A DNA stretch of 64,000 nt from Octopus vulgaris (GCA_951406725.2 OX597834.1:37572001-37636000), one strand, 5' to 3'; shown: positions 1-13,810, numbered from the stretch's first letter. Notes: generated by a model not told the origin, from the letters alone. A program made the numbers and translations.

Positions 1-154
1 ATCCCTAACATCATAAATTTGATAAATCAGAGCTAAACAAAAAATGCCGACATTATAGTTATCACAAATCGTCATTATTTTAATGTCTACTTTATTGATA
101 GCATAGGTCAGATGGAATTTTTGGGGGTAGATATTTTCCAACATATATGTAAAT

Positions 155-690
155 GACAAGCTTCTCTCAGTTTCTGTCTACCAAATCCACTCACAAGGCA
201 TTGCTTGGCCCAAGGCTATACTTGAAGATACTTGCCCAGTGTGGTACACAGTTACACAATGGTACTGAACCTGGGACCCTGCATTTGAGAAGCAGACTTC
301 TTACCACACAGCCATACCTGCACCTAATGCTAATAGTCATAGCCAATTCATTTATTCTTTTATTTGTTTCAGTCATTTGACTTTGGCCATGCTAGAGCAC
401 CACCTTTAGTTGAACAAATCGACCTCAAGACTTATTCTTTGTAAGCCTAGTACTTACTCCATCAGTCTCTTTTGCTGAACCACTAAGTTATGGGGATATA
501 AACATGCCAACATCAGGTGTCAAGGGATAGTGGAGGACAAACACAGACACAAACACACACACACACACACACACATATATGATAGGCTTCTTTTAGTTTC
601 CATCTACCAAATCCACCCACATGGCAAGATGCCATGCAGAGGGACTGAACCTGGAACAATGTGGTTGGTAAGCAAACTACTTACCACATG
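155..690 (-). mobile_element. Two adjacent copies of SINE family A (tRNA-like head, central microsatellite, LINE-like tail)
   Basis: Reverse complement matches the fuller copies at 7337-7731, 46985-47398 and 52586-52992 (ggctgtgtggtaag...ccttgggcaag...aaaggcggtgctccagcatggcc). Confidence 0.85.
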
Positions 691-1819
691 CGTATTATAC
701 ATATCTTATAGATATTAGACATATGCTCTTGGGCAGAAACACAGTAACTCATTTCAAAAGCAATTTTTCCAGTAATTACTTCATCAAATATTACAAGTAC
801 AAGAATATGCAAATGAATACAAACGAGCAAGTGCCTTCAGCTTCTTTGAGTCTCCCTGTGTTTTGGGCAAACTATGAGCTAGTTCTTCCTTTTTGTTATA
901 TTTTTTAATTTTTGCACCAAGAAATGTCTATATTGATTCAATTATGCTTCACAGCCTCCCCAATTTGGCAATGTTCCTCCTCACAAGTTCAAACCCAGTA
1001 CAAACCAAACATTCGCTCTGGAACTCAAATATGAACTCAAGGTTGGAATCTAGGGGCAAAACCAACGTATTGTAACCTTATAATTGTCCTTCTGGAAACA
1101 GTCTTGTTTTCAGCAGTACTTACTGTACTTCTAGAACTGCCAAATCCTTTAATTCTTGCAGTTGAACCAATTTTCTGAAGGTGTAGGCACATTCTCTCTA
1201 TTGTAGTCAGAGAAATAAAAATATTTTCTTCTCCAGTATTTTCCGAATTTCCGAATATTTTGTGTCCTTCACAAAGAATCAATTTTAAATTTATTAACTA
1301 CACCAGCGTGAAGTTTCTTTTGCTTTGAAGGTATATCTAACATAAAAGAAACATGACTTAATCCAGCTATTCAAGTTATAATTAGAGATATTTACGCACA
1401 AAGTTTGATTTAAACACTTCCATTTACGAGAAACCTAAAAATACACTTCTTGACATTTTAAAGACTGTTTTTTAGAACATTATATTATCAAGACCAATTC
1501 AATACAACTCTGTCATCCAAACTCTTTTACATATAATTTTAATCTCTTTTATCATACCTGAGGTATTGTTCCTTGACAATAAAAGATTAAAAACTGGAAA
1601 TTTTCAGTTTCATTTCTCTTCATAAAAGTTTATATGCAACTTTGTAAAACATGTTTTTCTCGTAAAAATCCTATAAAAATCACATGAAGGAAATATTGTA
1701 GCGTTTGACGAAAAATATCCTATTCAAATTGAAAGATATATACGACACTAAAATGTATCATATTTGCATTGGACATGTTGGGCTCAATTTTTGACCAGGA
1801 CTGTGTTGCACATGCATGC

Positions 1820-2390
1820 GAATGCTTGTCTTAGTGATTAGAGTGTTTGGCTAATGATCATAAGATTGTGAGTTCAATTCATGGCAATGCATTGTGTCCT
1901 TAAGCAAGATACTTTATTTCATGTTATTCAGCTCCACTCAGCTGGCAAAAATGAGTAGTACCTATTTCTTTATTACCCACAAGGGGCTAAACACAGAGAG
2001 GACAAACAAGGACAGACAAACGGATTAAGTCGATTATATCGACCCCAGTGCGTAACTGGTACTTATTTAATCGACCCCGAAAGGATGAAAGGCAAAGTTG
2101 ACCTCGGCAGAATTTGAACTCAGAACGTAACGGTAGACGAAATACCGTTTAGCATTTCACCCGGTCTGCTAACGCTTCTGCCACCTCGCCGCCTTTATAT
2201 GAGTAGTACCTGTTATTCGAAGTGCCAGCCTTGTTACATACCGTGTCATGCTGAATCTCCCTAGGATCTGTGTTAAGGGTACTCATGTCTGTGGAGCGCT
2301 CAGCCATTTGCACGTTAATTTCCCAAGCAGTCTGTTCCAGCTGATCAGATCAGCTGGAACACTCATCATTGCAGCCGACGGAGTTCCAAC
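1820..2390 (+). mobile_element. SINE family E (CORE-like) interrupted by a family B SINE
   Basis: tRNA-like head (agtgattagag...gagttcaattc) and gtccttaagcaagatacttta. The body resumes after the inserted element at 2199. Confidence 0.8.
1964..2198 (-). mobile_element. SINE family B (Nin-domain-like) with 13-bp target-site duplication
   Basis: Contains gcctttcatcctttcggggtcga on the minus strand. TSD atgagtagtacct at 1951-1963 and 2199-2211. Confidence 0.9.
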
Positions 2391-3182
2391 GTTAGTATGA
2401 GTGTGTATGTACGTGCACGCAAGTATGCATGCATATGTGTATGTGATGAAGCTTTTGTACAGTTTTCTTCTCTCAAATTCCTCCCATCACAAAGCATTGA
2501 TTAATCCAATGCTACAATAAAACACAAAATACCCCCAAATGCTATGACACACTGAAGGATTGATCTGGGGCCCACTGGCACCGAATTGAACTTCCTAACC
2601 TTGGAGCGATGCCTTCACTTGCTACTAGTTTTTTTTGTACAACATGTATATTGTCCAATAAACTCACATGTTGAACAGAGTTGAACCATGTAACATCCAA
2701 ATAACCTGATATGAAATTAACTTGATAAAAATGTAAAATTTTCAAAAATTCAGAAATAATTCTTCCTCTTTTTGAAATATTTTTCTCGGTGATCATTACT
2801 AAATTATTTAGAGTCTGAAGCTTCAGTAATCTCTGAGATGTCAAGTTGGACACAGAAGCAATCAATCAAAGAAATACAATGAAAACAGTGGGATGGCAAT
2901 TTTTTCCTATTTTATTATTATTATTTTTATTATTGTCAAATACGTTGGATAGCTGTAAAGATGGAGCTGATGTATAATATAAAATTATATTTGATACGAT
3001 ACACGATAAAATATTATTCTCTATCACATACGATACAATGTGATACTATACTACACTATGCTGCACTGCAAAATACTACCTACACAATGCTATGCCACAC
3101 TACATTATACTAAATCACACTTTGATATACTGGTGTCATATATTAAAGTGTATTAGGGAATTGATATTGTAGTAATATTTAA

Positions 3183-3585
3183 GGCGGTGAGCTGGCAGAA
3201 ATGTTAGCACGCCGGGCAAAATGCGTAGCTGTATTTCATCTGCCGTTACATTCTGAGTTCAAATTCCGCTGAGGTCGACTTTGCCTTTCATCCTTTCGGG
3301 GTCGATAAATTAAGTACCAATTACACACTGGGGTCGATGTAATCGACTTAATCCATTTGTCTGTCTTCGTTTGTTCCCTCTGTGTTTAGCCCCTTGTGGG
3401 TAGTAAAGAAATAGGTATTTCGTCTGTCTTCATGTTCTGAGTTCAAATTCTGTCAAGGTTGACTATGCCTTTCATCCTTTCAGGGTTGATGAAATAAATA
3501 CCTGTTGTACACCAGGGGTCGATGTAATTGACTTCCCCTTCCCCCACCAAAATTGCTGACTGTGAGCCCAAATTTGAAATCAATA
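3183..3585 (+). mobile_element. SINE family B, head plus tandemly repeated body
   Basis: ggcggtgagctggcagaa head. The ttctgagttcaaattc...gcctttcatcctttc body occurs twice. Confidence 0.88.
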
Positions 3586-3899
3586 TTATAGTAATATTAA
3601 TTTCTTGCAAGGACAACATTATTTTTGCAATGCATTCAGGGGTAGTTAATAGGTTGGATTGGATACTGAAGAAGGAGCAAGAACTCCTGAAATATGTATA
3701 TACACACTCTACCTATTTTTCTATCTTCGATCACATTGTTTTTATCGACGTATTCATTTACGAAACATTATAACTTTCAGTGTTGGCTCTAAATTCTACA
3801 GATAATCTACAGCGATTACATAAAAGTAATACAGTTCTATATTTAAGAGATGAGGAATTATGTACTTTATTTACATTATTAATGGAAATTGTAGTTGTG

Positions 3900-4218
3900 A
3901 TCCCTGTGCCTGTGACATGTAAAAAGGACCATCTGAATGTGGCTGATGCCAGCACTGACTTGGCTGGCTTCCGTGCTCGTGGCACGCAAAAAGCAACAAC
4001 CGATCATGGTCGTTGCCAGCTCCCTCTGGCCCCTGTGCCGGTGGCATGTAAAAAGTAAGCACTATACTCTTGGAGGGGTTAGCATTAGGAAGGGCATCCA
4101 GCTGTAGAAATACTGCTAGATCTGACTGGCCTGGTGCAGCCTCCAGGCTTCCCAAACCCCAGTCGAACCATCTAACCCATGCCAGCATGGAAAACAGATG
4201 TTAAACGATGATGATGAC
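3900..4218 (+). mobile_element. SINE family C (Meta-domain-like) with (GAT)n tail
   Basis: gcattaggaagggcatccagctgtagaaa core and acccatgccagcatggaaaacagatgttaaacgatgatg tail. Same family at 4717-4980 and 26955-27125. Confidence 0.8.
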
Positions 4219-4219
4219 A

Positions 4220-4480
4220 TTTGATAGATACTTGTCCACATCTTGTTTGTTGTTAACACAACATTTCGGCTGATATACCCTCCAGCTTTCATTTGGTGTC
4301 TTGGGAAAATTTTGAACTTGGTTTCTCATTCCTAAGGTATTTTATTTTCTTACGTTCCTTTCTGTTGAAGAGCGTAAGCATGAAACGTAAAAGACTTTCT
4401 CACCTTCCCGAGCATGAAACTAAACACCTGTTTGTTGTTTACACACCTGTCTTCATCTTTTGTTTTCTTTGCAAATTCCA
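4220..4480. mobile_element. Probable Penelope-derived terminal fragment with two decayed hammerhead-like motifs in opposite orientation
   Basis: Minus: ..atgaaagctg-loop-cagccGAAAt at ~4260-4297. Plus: ttgaagagc-gtaa-gcatGAAAcgt at ~4365-4390. Both lack an intact CTGANGA. Confidence 0.45.
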
Positions 4481-4514
4481 ATTATGTGTGTGTGTGTGTC
4501 TGTATGTGTGTATA

Positions 4515-4700
4515 TAGGGTTGGTACATAACTATTGCGGCTTTTTTACAACAAGTTTTATTCAACAAAATCAATAACAACATGTAACAAAAACATCTTTA
4601 AATAATTATTCTGGAGCATATTCACCATCTACTTCAATTACTGCTCCCCATTTGCTTGGCGGACAGTCAGACCGTCATTTAAGATTATGCACCAACCCAA
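4515..4700 (-). mobile_element. Internally deleted mariner element (MITE-sized)
   Basis: TIRs tagggttggtacataa / ttatgcaccaacccaa with TA on both sides. The minus strand encodes PPSKWGAVIEVDGEYAPE*, like a mariner transposase C-terminus. Confidence 0.85.
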
Positions 4701-4716
4701 TATATATATATATATA

Positions 4717-4980
4717 TCATCATCATCATCATCATCATCATCGTTTAACGTCCGTTCTCCATGCTAGCATGGGTTGGACGGTTCGACCGGGGATCTGGGA
4801 AGCCAGAAGGCTGCACCAGGCTCCAGTCTTATCTGGCAGTGTTTCTACAGCTGGATGCCCTTCCTAACGCCAACCACTCCGTGAGTGTAGTGGGTGCTTT
4901 TTACGTGCCACCTGCACAGGTGCCAGGCGAGGCTGGCAACGGCCACGGTCGGATTGGTGTATTTTATGTGCCACCGGCAC
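4717..4980 (-). mobile_element. SINE family C (Meta-domain-like)
   Basis: (CAT)n tail followed by ctacagctggatgcccttcctaacgccaacc. Confidence 0.85.
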
Positions 4981-5037
<57 letters not shown>

Positions 5038-5149
5038 TACATACATACACATTTATGTTCATATATGCATATATATATATATATATGTTTATATCTTACA
5101 AATATGTGTATATATCTACATATATGTGTGTGTGTGTGCATGAGTATAA

Positions 5150-5229
<80 letters not shown>

Positions 5230-5833
5230 GTATGTTTGCATGTACTCGATCGACATTCTTTGTAGCAGAGTGCTGCATTCACATCTCTCGAAGAACAGAG
5301 TGCTGTCTTTTGGTTAACATTTCTCAACGCCAAAATGGAAACCCTTTCATATCAACCATATTATTCTACCATTCGAACATGTCACAGTCAAACTTTACTT
5401 GCTGGAGGCAATTAGAAAATATATATTCCCATCCTGTGTTTCTTTTAGAATAAAACATTCTGGACCAATTTATTCTGCATTTCAGCTTCTATATTGGAAG
5501 AATCTATATGTCTTTCTATAAAACATTGCAACTGCCGTATTGCTCTTATTATTTTTACATTGTTTTTTTAATTTTTTTTTTTTTGCGAATACATTACTTT
5601 AATATTATTTACATAAAAAATATATTAAAGGAAATAACGTCCGTTTTCAGTGAATATTATAACTGGGGAAAACAAAAATAAAAGAGAAAATATTCGCCAT
5701 GTTATTCGAAAAATAAAATAAACGGCTGTATTTTGGTTTGGCAACTGTATGGTTTGAAAGCATAGAGGAAAATATTGTTTACAATAAACTCGGTTCGCCT
5801 TAGGCTGCAATAGCAAAAACTAGTACAACCAAT

Positions 5834-5835
<2 letters not shown>

Positions 5836-5885
<50 letters not shown>

Positions 5886-6040
5886 TATATGTATATATAT
5901 ATACATACATATATATATATACATATATATATACATATATATATATACATATATATATATATACATATACATATATACATATATATATATACATATATAC
6001 ATATATATATACATATATATATATATACATATATATATAC

Positions 6041-6071
<31 letters not shown>

Positions 6072-6125
6072 CATATACATATATACATATATATATATAC
6101 ACATATACATATATACATATATATA

Positions 6126-6158
<33 letters not shown>

Positions 6159-6180
6159 ATATATATACATATATATATAC

Positions 6181-6216
<36 letters not shown>
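5836..6216. repeat. (TA)n / (TACATA)n microsatellite
   Basis: Direct inspection. It accounts for the overlapping YI-repeat ORFs. Confidence 0.95.
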
Positions 6217-6217
<1 letters not shown>

Positions 6218-6373
6218 ATGATATATAAAAAGCAAATATTTATTTTAACATATTTTTACATTCTTCTCCTCTCTCTCCCTCTCTCATTTTCTCTGTCTCT
6301 CTGTCACCGTTCGTTAATTTCCTCTTCATTCTTGCGAGACAGGGAATGATTACTAAGTAGAAGCATTTGGACT

Positions 6374-6421
6374 AACCTCTACCCTCTACCCCTACCCTAC
6401 CCTACCCTACACCCTACCCCT
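6374..6421. repeat. (CCCTA)n pentamer run
   Basis: About 8 copies of ccctA. Reads (TAGGG)n on the minus strand. Confidence 0.85.
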
Positions 6422-6929
6422 CTCTCTTTCTCTCTCACATCAAACAATCAACTGGCCCCCTTGTTTGTTTGCTATGAGGGACCATGGAAAGAGCATCCTC
6501 GTTCACCCTCAGCCTGCTCTTCTTCTAAATTGGTTAAGTTCTTTTACATCTCGCCATCAATTCTTCTGAACTCTTCCGTATACTTCTCCCACTCCACCCC
6601 ACCTCCACCCACCTTCTCTTTGACTATCCTCCTCCCCTTACCCGTGAATATTGCAATGTAGTTAGAAGTGACTGCTTAGGGGAGGAAACGCACATCTTGG
6701 TGCCCTGCTCATTGCAGAACTGTCACAGGTCCTTAGCAAGGCAGAAGAGAGCTCCTTCTCTAATGCTGGTGGATCTACAAAAACAGCACAGCTCCTTGTA
6801 CCTGAGTAGAGATTCAGTATTAGGCAGCGAGCTGGCAGAAACGTTAGCACGCCGGGCGAAATGCTTAGCGGTATTTCGTCTGGCGCTACGTTCTGAGTTC
6901 AAATTCCGTTCTGAGTTCAAATTAGAAGC

Positions 6930-7140
6930 AAAAACACAGACACACAAACATACACACACATATATATATACATATATACGACGGGCTTCTTTCAGTTTCT
7001 GTCTACCAAATACACTCGCAAGGCTTTGGTCGGCACAAGGCTATAGTAGAAGATACTTGGCCAAGGTGCCACACAGTGAGACTGAACCCGGAACCATGTA
7101 GTTGGTAAGCAAGCTACTTACCACACAGCCACTCCTGCAT
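6930..7140 (-). mobile_element. SINE family A, 5' half
   Basis: Reverse complement of the family A head. Lies head-to-head with the copy at 7337. Confidence 0.85.
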
Positions 7141-7336
7141 AGAAACATACAGAGAGAGGAAGAGATACATAGAGAATGAGAATGATAGTGACAGATGTGT
7201 GTATGTGTGTGTGTGTGTGCACGAGTGTACTCATGTGTGTAAAAACGCATGTGTGTGTGTGTGCATGTTTGTAAGTGCATTTGTAGTAAGTAGAAGAAAA
7301 GAGAGAACTCATTATGTCTACCAAAGTAGGCATAGG

Positions 7337-7731
7337 CATGGCTGTGTGGTAAGTAGCTTGCTTACCAACCACATGGTTCCGGGTTCAGTCCCACTGCGTG
7401 GCACCTTGGGCAAGTGTCTTCTACTATAGCCTCGGGCCGACCAAAGCCTTGTGAGCGGATTTGGTGGACGGAAACTGAAAGAAGCCCGTCATATATATGT
7501 ATATATGTATGTGTCTGTATATGTTTGTGTGTCTGTGTTGGTCCCCCAACATCACTTGATAACCGATGCTGGTGTGTTTACGTCCCTGTAACTTAGCCGT
7601 TCGGCACAAGAGACCAATTGAATAAGTACTAGGCTTACAAAGGATAAGTCCTGGGGTCGATTTGCTCAACTAAAGGGCGGTGCTCCAGCATGGCCACAGT
7701 CACATGACTGAAACAAGTAAAAGAGTAAAAG
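7337..7731 (+). mobile_element. SINE family A, full length
   Basis: Head ggctgtgtggtaagtagcttgcttaccaaccacatggttccgggttcagtccc. Tail ggcggtgctccagcatggccacagtc...aagtaaaagagtaaaag. Confidence 0.92.
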
Positions 7732-8375
7732 TGGTATAAGTTATTGGAAATTGAAACTTCATGTTTCCCCTTGCCAGGTTTCAGGTGATTATGAGAGATA
7801 CAACGTGAAATTTAGCATGTGCTGGACATAGAGCCAACATGTGCGAACTTCAAAGTGAGTGATTGCTGGTTGACAAAGAAAAAAAGAAGGAACACTACTG
7901 ATTAAAGAGATAACAGCTATTTGATTATTAACAGAGGTTGACGGCTAGAGAGGTGAAGATTATAATAAATTATAAAAATCCAATACTGAAATCAAAAGGA
8001 CAGGTAACCTCATATATAAGAAAATATACGCATATATGAAAAAATTACATTCATGATATCAAGTGTTATCGTGAAAGTAAACTGGCGAAAGAAGTAAAAC
8101 AAAATGGCTAAGCATTCTTAAAAGCAAAAGGCAACATCGTAATATTGCAGTTTCTGTACATTTTGCTCTTTTCAATCAAGCATTCTGAGACACCATATTG
8201 CTTCACTCTGCTGTTTGAAACTATGTTATTGTGAAAGAAGCTCGAATAATGCCTGCAGTAATCTAACATTTCTGAACCTCTACTGAATCCTTTATCTTTG
8301 CGAAATAATATCAATAATTTCTCACTTAAAAAGGGCCTGCAGCTTCGTTTTCAAAGAGAAACTACTGTGTGTGTG

Positions 8376-8407
<32 letters not shown>

Positions 8408-9681
8408 AGTATTGTGAATCAATCATTAAATTTTAAACGTGACAGACCCTTTTGAAAACCAGATGCGTTTGGAGAAGTTTATAGTATATTTTCTTTCCGG
8501 TTTCTTAAATATATAAGTTGATAGAAACGAATTTCATAACGGTTTTCATTCGGAGTGATGTAGCACCTGGGGGGCACTGTTATTGTTAGAATGCAGGATA
8601 AATTAAAGCATTCAAAGGACAATTACCATTAAGGGGGAAATTGCTTAGATTAAAACAGCTACAAGTAATGTAATGCAACATGTTATTGTGATTGAAAGGA
8701 TTGTGAAATTAAAATGATTAAAGCTTGCAGAAATTTTACAACCTGAATAGCTTACCTAAATCATATCTCTTTAAAAAGCTTATGCTATTCTATGATTTAT
8801 GGGCGAAATGAAAAGAGATGAAACTTAAAAAAATTCTGGGTAATATGTGAAAAGCATATCCTCCTTATCTCTGGAAGGGAGATATTCATTGGTGTTTCTC
8901 ATTATAACAAGGTGCTTCATAACAGTAGCTTTGTAGATAAACTGTTGTACACAACTAACACTAATCTCCCCAAGGGTAAAAACAGACCAAGAAATACTCC
9001 ACGGAATAACCTAGTAATTAGTATAAATGCTCGCACTCATATGACCAGAGTTTCTTAAACTTAATCTATTTTCCGATAAATCATAAATATCATAACATTT
9101 TAATACATTCATGTAAGTTCTTGTGCAGATCATATGCTGTTGTATGTAGCATTCATCACTGCATCTAATTTTCAAACAATGGTTTCATCGGTAACCAACT
9201 GTATCCCTCTGATATTCCATGTCAACTAACCAGTGTTTGCTGTGATATTCAAACGTTTTTAGTGTATACTAAAAATGTAACAAATCTAACGTGTTATTTA
9301 TCATCATTGTCTGAAGATCAGCAGAAAGAAACTTAGCAAGTAAGAAATATAAGCTGTTGATAAATCGCATGCGTATGTGTGTGTGTGTGTCAAGAGAGTA
9401 AATGAGAAAAAGTGATAAAGGAAAAGAGATGGTTGGTTATAATCATGTTCATTCTTAGAGAGAGGTCGATGGAGGGAGAGAAACGGCGAGCTGGTATGAC
9501 AATTTTCTGTGCGATAGAGAGAAAGAGATACAGGCAGTCTGTGTAGCCGTACTGTGTCCAATAAATATATCAGTTTAAAAGATGTCTGAGAATATATTAA
9601 ATTATAACATAAAATAGCATTAACAAAGAATTAATCTTATATTTAGTGATGGTGTGTGTGCATATATGTATGTGTATATAT

Positions 9682-9749
<68 letters not shown>

Positions 9750-9810
9750 CTATATATATGTATATCTATATCTATGTATAGCTATATCTATGTATAGCTA
9801 TATCTATCTA

Positions 9811-9850
<40 letters not shown>

Positions 9851-10079
9851 AGTGTGTGTGTGACTGTGTGGGACTCGGTTTCTATATGAATATATTTCTC
9901 TGTGACAGAACCTGACTTCTACTTGGAAATAAAGTATGTGGAAATATAATCGACATGGTGTCTGTGTGTTTTTCCCCTTATTCTGTCTTTCCTAGTATGT
10001 ATGTGTACATATGTACATTTGTGTGTGTGTGTCTATATGTACATATATAATATAATGTGGGTGCTTTTGTGTGGGTGTG

Positions 10080-10127
<48 letters not shown>

Positions 10128-10665
10128 TATATATAAATACACACACACACACATATGTATGTATGTATATATGTAGACTTGTATACATACACATATGGGT
10201 GAGTATATATGTGTATGTATAAGATAAAATGGAATCGAACGAGACAGGTGCTAGTCTATGTTAGGAAAACTAGCATAATTTTGAAAAATAAAATGACACA
10301 CAAAATAAATATTACCCCGTTTTGGACAAAGTCTTTCATCAGGATTGAAAATAACTGCAGTGGAAAGGAAGGACAAAACAGCTTGAAATTCTCTATGTTT
10401 GAACAACTGGCAGCAAATAATAGGGGACGCAGGACAATATGCGGGAACATATGTTAAGGGAAAGTTGTAAAAGAGGGAAATAGAGATGTGAGAGGGAAAT
10501 AGAGGGATATAAAGAAGTTTGGCTTGTGAGGATGAGGTGGAGGGAAAATTAAATGATGGTGGGGCTGGGATGAATTATTGTCCTTTTCTCATTTCTGTTG
10601 TATTTTTACGGAGATGTACTTGCATAGCAAGTGACCTGATCTGAGATCGTGTGCTGGAACGAAAA

Positions 10666-10866
10666 CAATTGCAGCACAGAAGGTGTTTATAAGCCATTTA
10701 AGAAACACACAAAAACCGTTAAATTCACTTCAACATTTAAATTTAATTTGTCAAAATATTTGTCAAAGCGACGAAAATATTTAAATTAAATTTAAATGTT
10801 GAAGTAAATTTAATGGTTTTTGTGTGTTTCTTAAATGGCTTATAAACACCTTCCACGCTGCAATTG
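10666..10866. repeat. Inverted repeat, ~85-bp arms
   Basis: caattgcagc..aaggtgtttataagccatttaagaaacacacaaaaacc pairs with ggtttttgtgtgtttcttaaatggcttataaacacctt..gctgcaattg. Confidence 0.9.
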
Positions 10867-11006
10867 TATTGCATACTTTAAATATGATAGGTAGATGGAT
10901 ATTTTAATTATTAAATATTGCTACAGTTGCATACACTGAATTTTTAATCAGCTGGGTGGCTATTTGTAACATCAGTGAAAATTTTATTCATTAATTATTC
11001 TTATCA

Positions 11007-11165
11007 TGGCTGTGTAGTAAGAAGCTTGCTTCCCAACCAAATGGTTCTGAGTTCAGTCCCACTACATGGTACCTGTAGAAAACATCTACTAGAGTCTTGT
11101 GCCAACCAAAGGTTTATGAGTGGCTTTGGTTGACAAAAAGTGTAAGAAGCTAGTCATATACATAC

Positions 11166-11199
<34 letters not shown>

Positions 11200-11218
11200 T
11201 TGTGTATGTGTATATGTG

Positions 11219-11253
<35 letters not shown>

Positions 11254-11420
11254 GTGTGTGTGTCTGTGTTTGTTCCCTCACCATTGCTTGACAACCGATG
11301 GTGGTGTGTTCACGTCCCCATTACTTAGTGGTTTGGCAAAAGTGACCGATAGAACTAAGCTTACAAAGAATAAGTCCTAGGGTCAAATTGTGCAACTAAA
11401 GGGAGTGCTCCAGCATAGCC
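11007..11420 (+). mobile_element. SINE family A, diverged copy
   Basis: Head and tail motifs are recognisable either side of the (TG)n core. Confidence 0.8.
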
Positions 11421-11532
11421 GTTGTAAAATATACATACATGCATATATATATATATATATATCATCATCATCATCATCATTTAGTGTCCGTTCTCCATGC
11501 TAGCATGGGTTGATATATATATATATATATAT

Positions 11533-11732
11533 AGTTAATCCAAACAAGAAAGCACAAAAAAAACACAACAACGCGAGGACGTGGAACAAATATAGAATTA
11601 TTGGACGCTCAGGAAAGAAGGAAAGAAGGAGGGTTTAATGTTTCAAGCGGAGCTCTTCATTGGAAACATAGGAGAAGGAAAGATCCAGAGAAGGGAAGAC
11701 AGAGGGAAAAAAAAAAATCGCCAACGGTACAC
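11533..11732 (-). mobile_element. Repeat fragment in (TA)n with decayed hammerhead-like motif
   Basis: Shares gttaatc.aaaca.gaaa..caacgcgaggacg.ggaacaa with 56587-56650. Minus strand reads ccaatgaagagc-tcc-gcttGAAAc. Confidence 0.5.
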
Positions 11733-11806
11733 AATACATATATGTAAAAAGATTTGAACAATACCTGCGTTCAACTCCATTTATTTACATATATATATAT
11801 ATTTAT

Positions 11807-11860
<54 letters not shown>

Positions 11861-11872
11861 GTATATATACAT

Positions 11873-11909
<37 letters not shown>

Positions 11910-12061
11910 CCCAAATACAACTGCATGCTGCAGTATGTATATATTGATAAATATGTAGTACACATGTATATATTTGTATTTAATTATGTTTTGCTTAATG
12001 AGAAATTTTTATCTAACACTAACGCACACAGATAGACATCCATACACATACATTAATAATC

Positions 12062-12095
<34 letters not shown>

Positions 12096-12429
12096 CTGCT
12101 GTTGTTGCTGCTCTGTCTGCTTCTCCAAGCTTTTCCCTAATTATTCTGCAGAGGAGCATCGAAGCGGTGCAACACCCCTCCGGGACAACAGCAAGACATG
12201 GAATTTCATTATGACTCCACTGTTGATTTCTAATCTTAATTCTTTGGCGGCAGCGTCTGTGGAGAACTCTGAAAGTATGGAGAGGCAGCAGCCCGTCTGT
12301 GTGTGTGTGTGTGTGTGTGGCTGTATATGTGCATGTGTGTGTGTATGTGTGTGGATATATGTATATTTTACTTTTTATTTTATTTTATCTAGTTTCAGCT
12401 CACGAGCTGTGGCCATGCTGGGGCACCGC

Positions 12430-12462
12430 CATATGTGGATATATATATGTGAATGTGTGTGT

Positions 12463-12519
<57 letters not shown>

Positions 12520-13000
12520 CATGTGTATGTGTGGATATATGTGTATGTGTGGATATATATATGTGCATGTGTGTGTGTGGATATATGTGTGTATGTGTGT
12601 GTGGATATATATATGTGTGTGTGTGGATATATGTGTGTGTGTAGATATATATATGTGCATGTGTGCGTGCGGATATATGTGTGTGTGTGTGTGCACATGG
12701 ATATATATGTGTGTGTGTGTGTGGATATATGTGTGCATGTTGATATATATGTGTGTGTCTGTCTCTGTGTATGTGTGCATGGGTAATAGGAGACTATCTG
12801 TTCGTGTGTGTGTGTGTGTATAATAGAAGGAGACTATCTGCTCATGTGTGTGTGTATGTGTGTGTGTGTGTTTCTGTGTGCATAATAGGAGACTGTTTAT
12901 GTGTGTGTGTGTGTATATGCATGTGTGCATTTGTAATAGGAGACTATCTGTTCATGCGTGTGTGTGTGTGTATGTTTGTGTGTGCATGAGACTATCTGGT
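12430..13000. repeat. Compound minisatellites (gtggatatat..gt units, then taataggagactatctg+(TG)n units)
   Basis: Repeated gtggatatat units from 12435 to 12740. About 5 copies of ggagactatctg between 12785 and 13000. Confidence 0.85.
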
Positions 13001-13637
13001 CATGTTTGTGCATATGTGTGTGTGTGCATGTGTTTAAGTTCATATCTATACTAGCATCTGCGTGCTCATATACGTGTTAGTGTGCGCAGGTGAGTTTGTA
13101 TGTATGCGTATATGAAGAATTTTGCGTGCATATGTGCATGTATGCATGCTTGCGTGCTTGCGTGTGTGTGAATGAGTGTGGGTGTTGTGGAGGGGAAGGT
13201 GGTGTGAGTGAAATATGCAGCATTTGATTCTTCTGTCTTTGGAATAGTTTTATTGATTTGGAATTTTGGCAGTGTGTATATATTTAGCCGACTGTGTGTG
13301 TAGAATACGACTATGCATGTGTCTATCCTTCTGTTTCTCTGTATGAGCATATATATGTATGAGAGAGAGAGAGCACATCTGTGTGTGTGTGTGTAAATAA
13401 ATATGTATATGTGTATACGTATATTTATATATCTATCTATATATACATATGTGTGTTTGTGTGTGTTGATGTCTACTGAATATTACTGTTCAAATTCCTT
13501 GATACTCACAAGCAGTTATGTTTTCAGAAGTAACTATAAGTGCAAATTATTTATGTGTGTGCATGTGTGTGTGTGTGCATACATGTATGTGTGTGTGTGT
13601 ATACATATATAGGGAAATGTTTGTGTGTGTGTGTGTG

Positions 13638-13682
<45 letters not shown>

Positions 13683-13769
13683 TTCACTAATACATCTATA
13701 TCTATATATATATATGCATGTGTGGCTATATATATATATATATACACACACACATATACGAGATATACT

Positions 13770-13810
<41 letters not shown>

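Larger units (their letters stand above)
1269..2705 (-). other. Possible 3' exons of a spliced transcript (about 2600-2705, 1558-1593, and an exon starting at 1336)
   Basis: Minus-strand acceptors tttcatatcag|G (2705) and tttcttttatgttag|A (1336), and donor cag|gtatga (~1558). Several splice combinations keep a short frame open, but no recognisable protein results. Confidence 0.25.

Noticed and set aside
5240-5340. SRDVNAALC resembles the TnpB/Fanzor RuvC-III motif
   Set aside because: No upstream zinc-finger cysteine pairs or other RuvC motifs, and stops occur in all frames. Probably chance.
6374-6421. Interstitial telomere
   Set aside because: The unit is TAGGG rather than TTAGGG, and the run is short.
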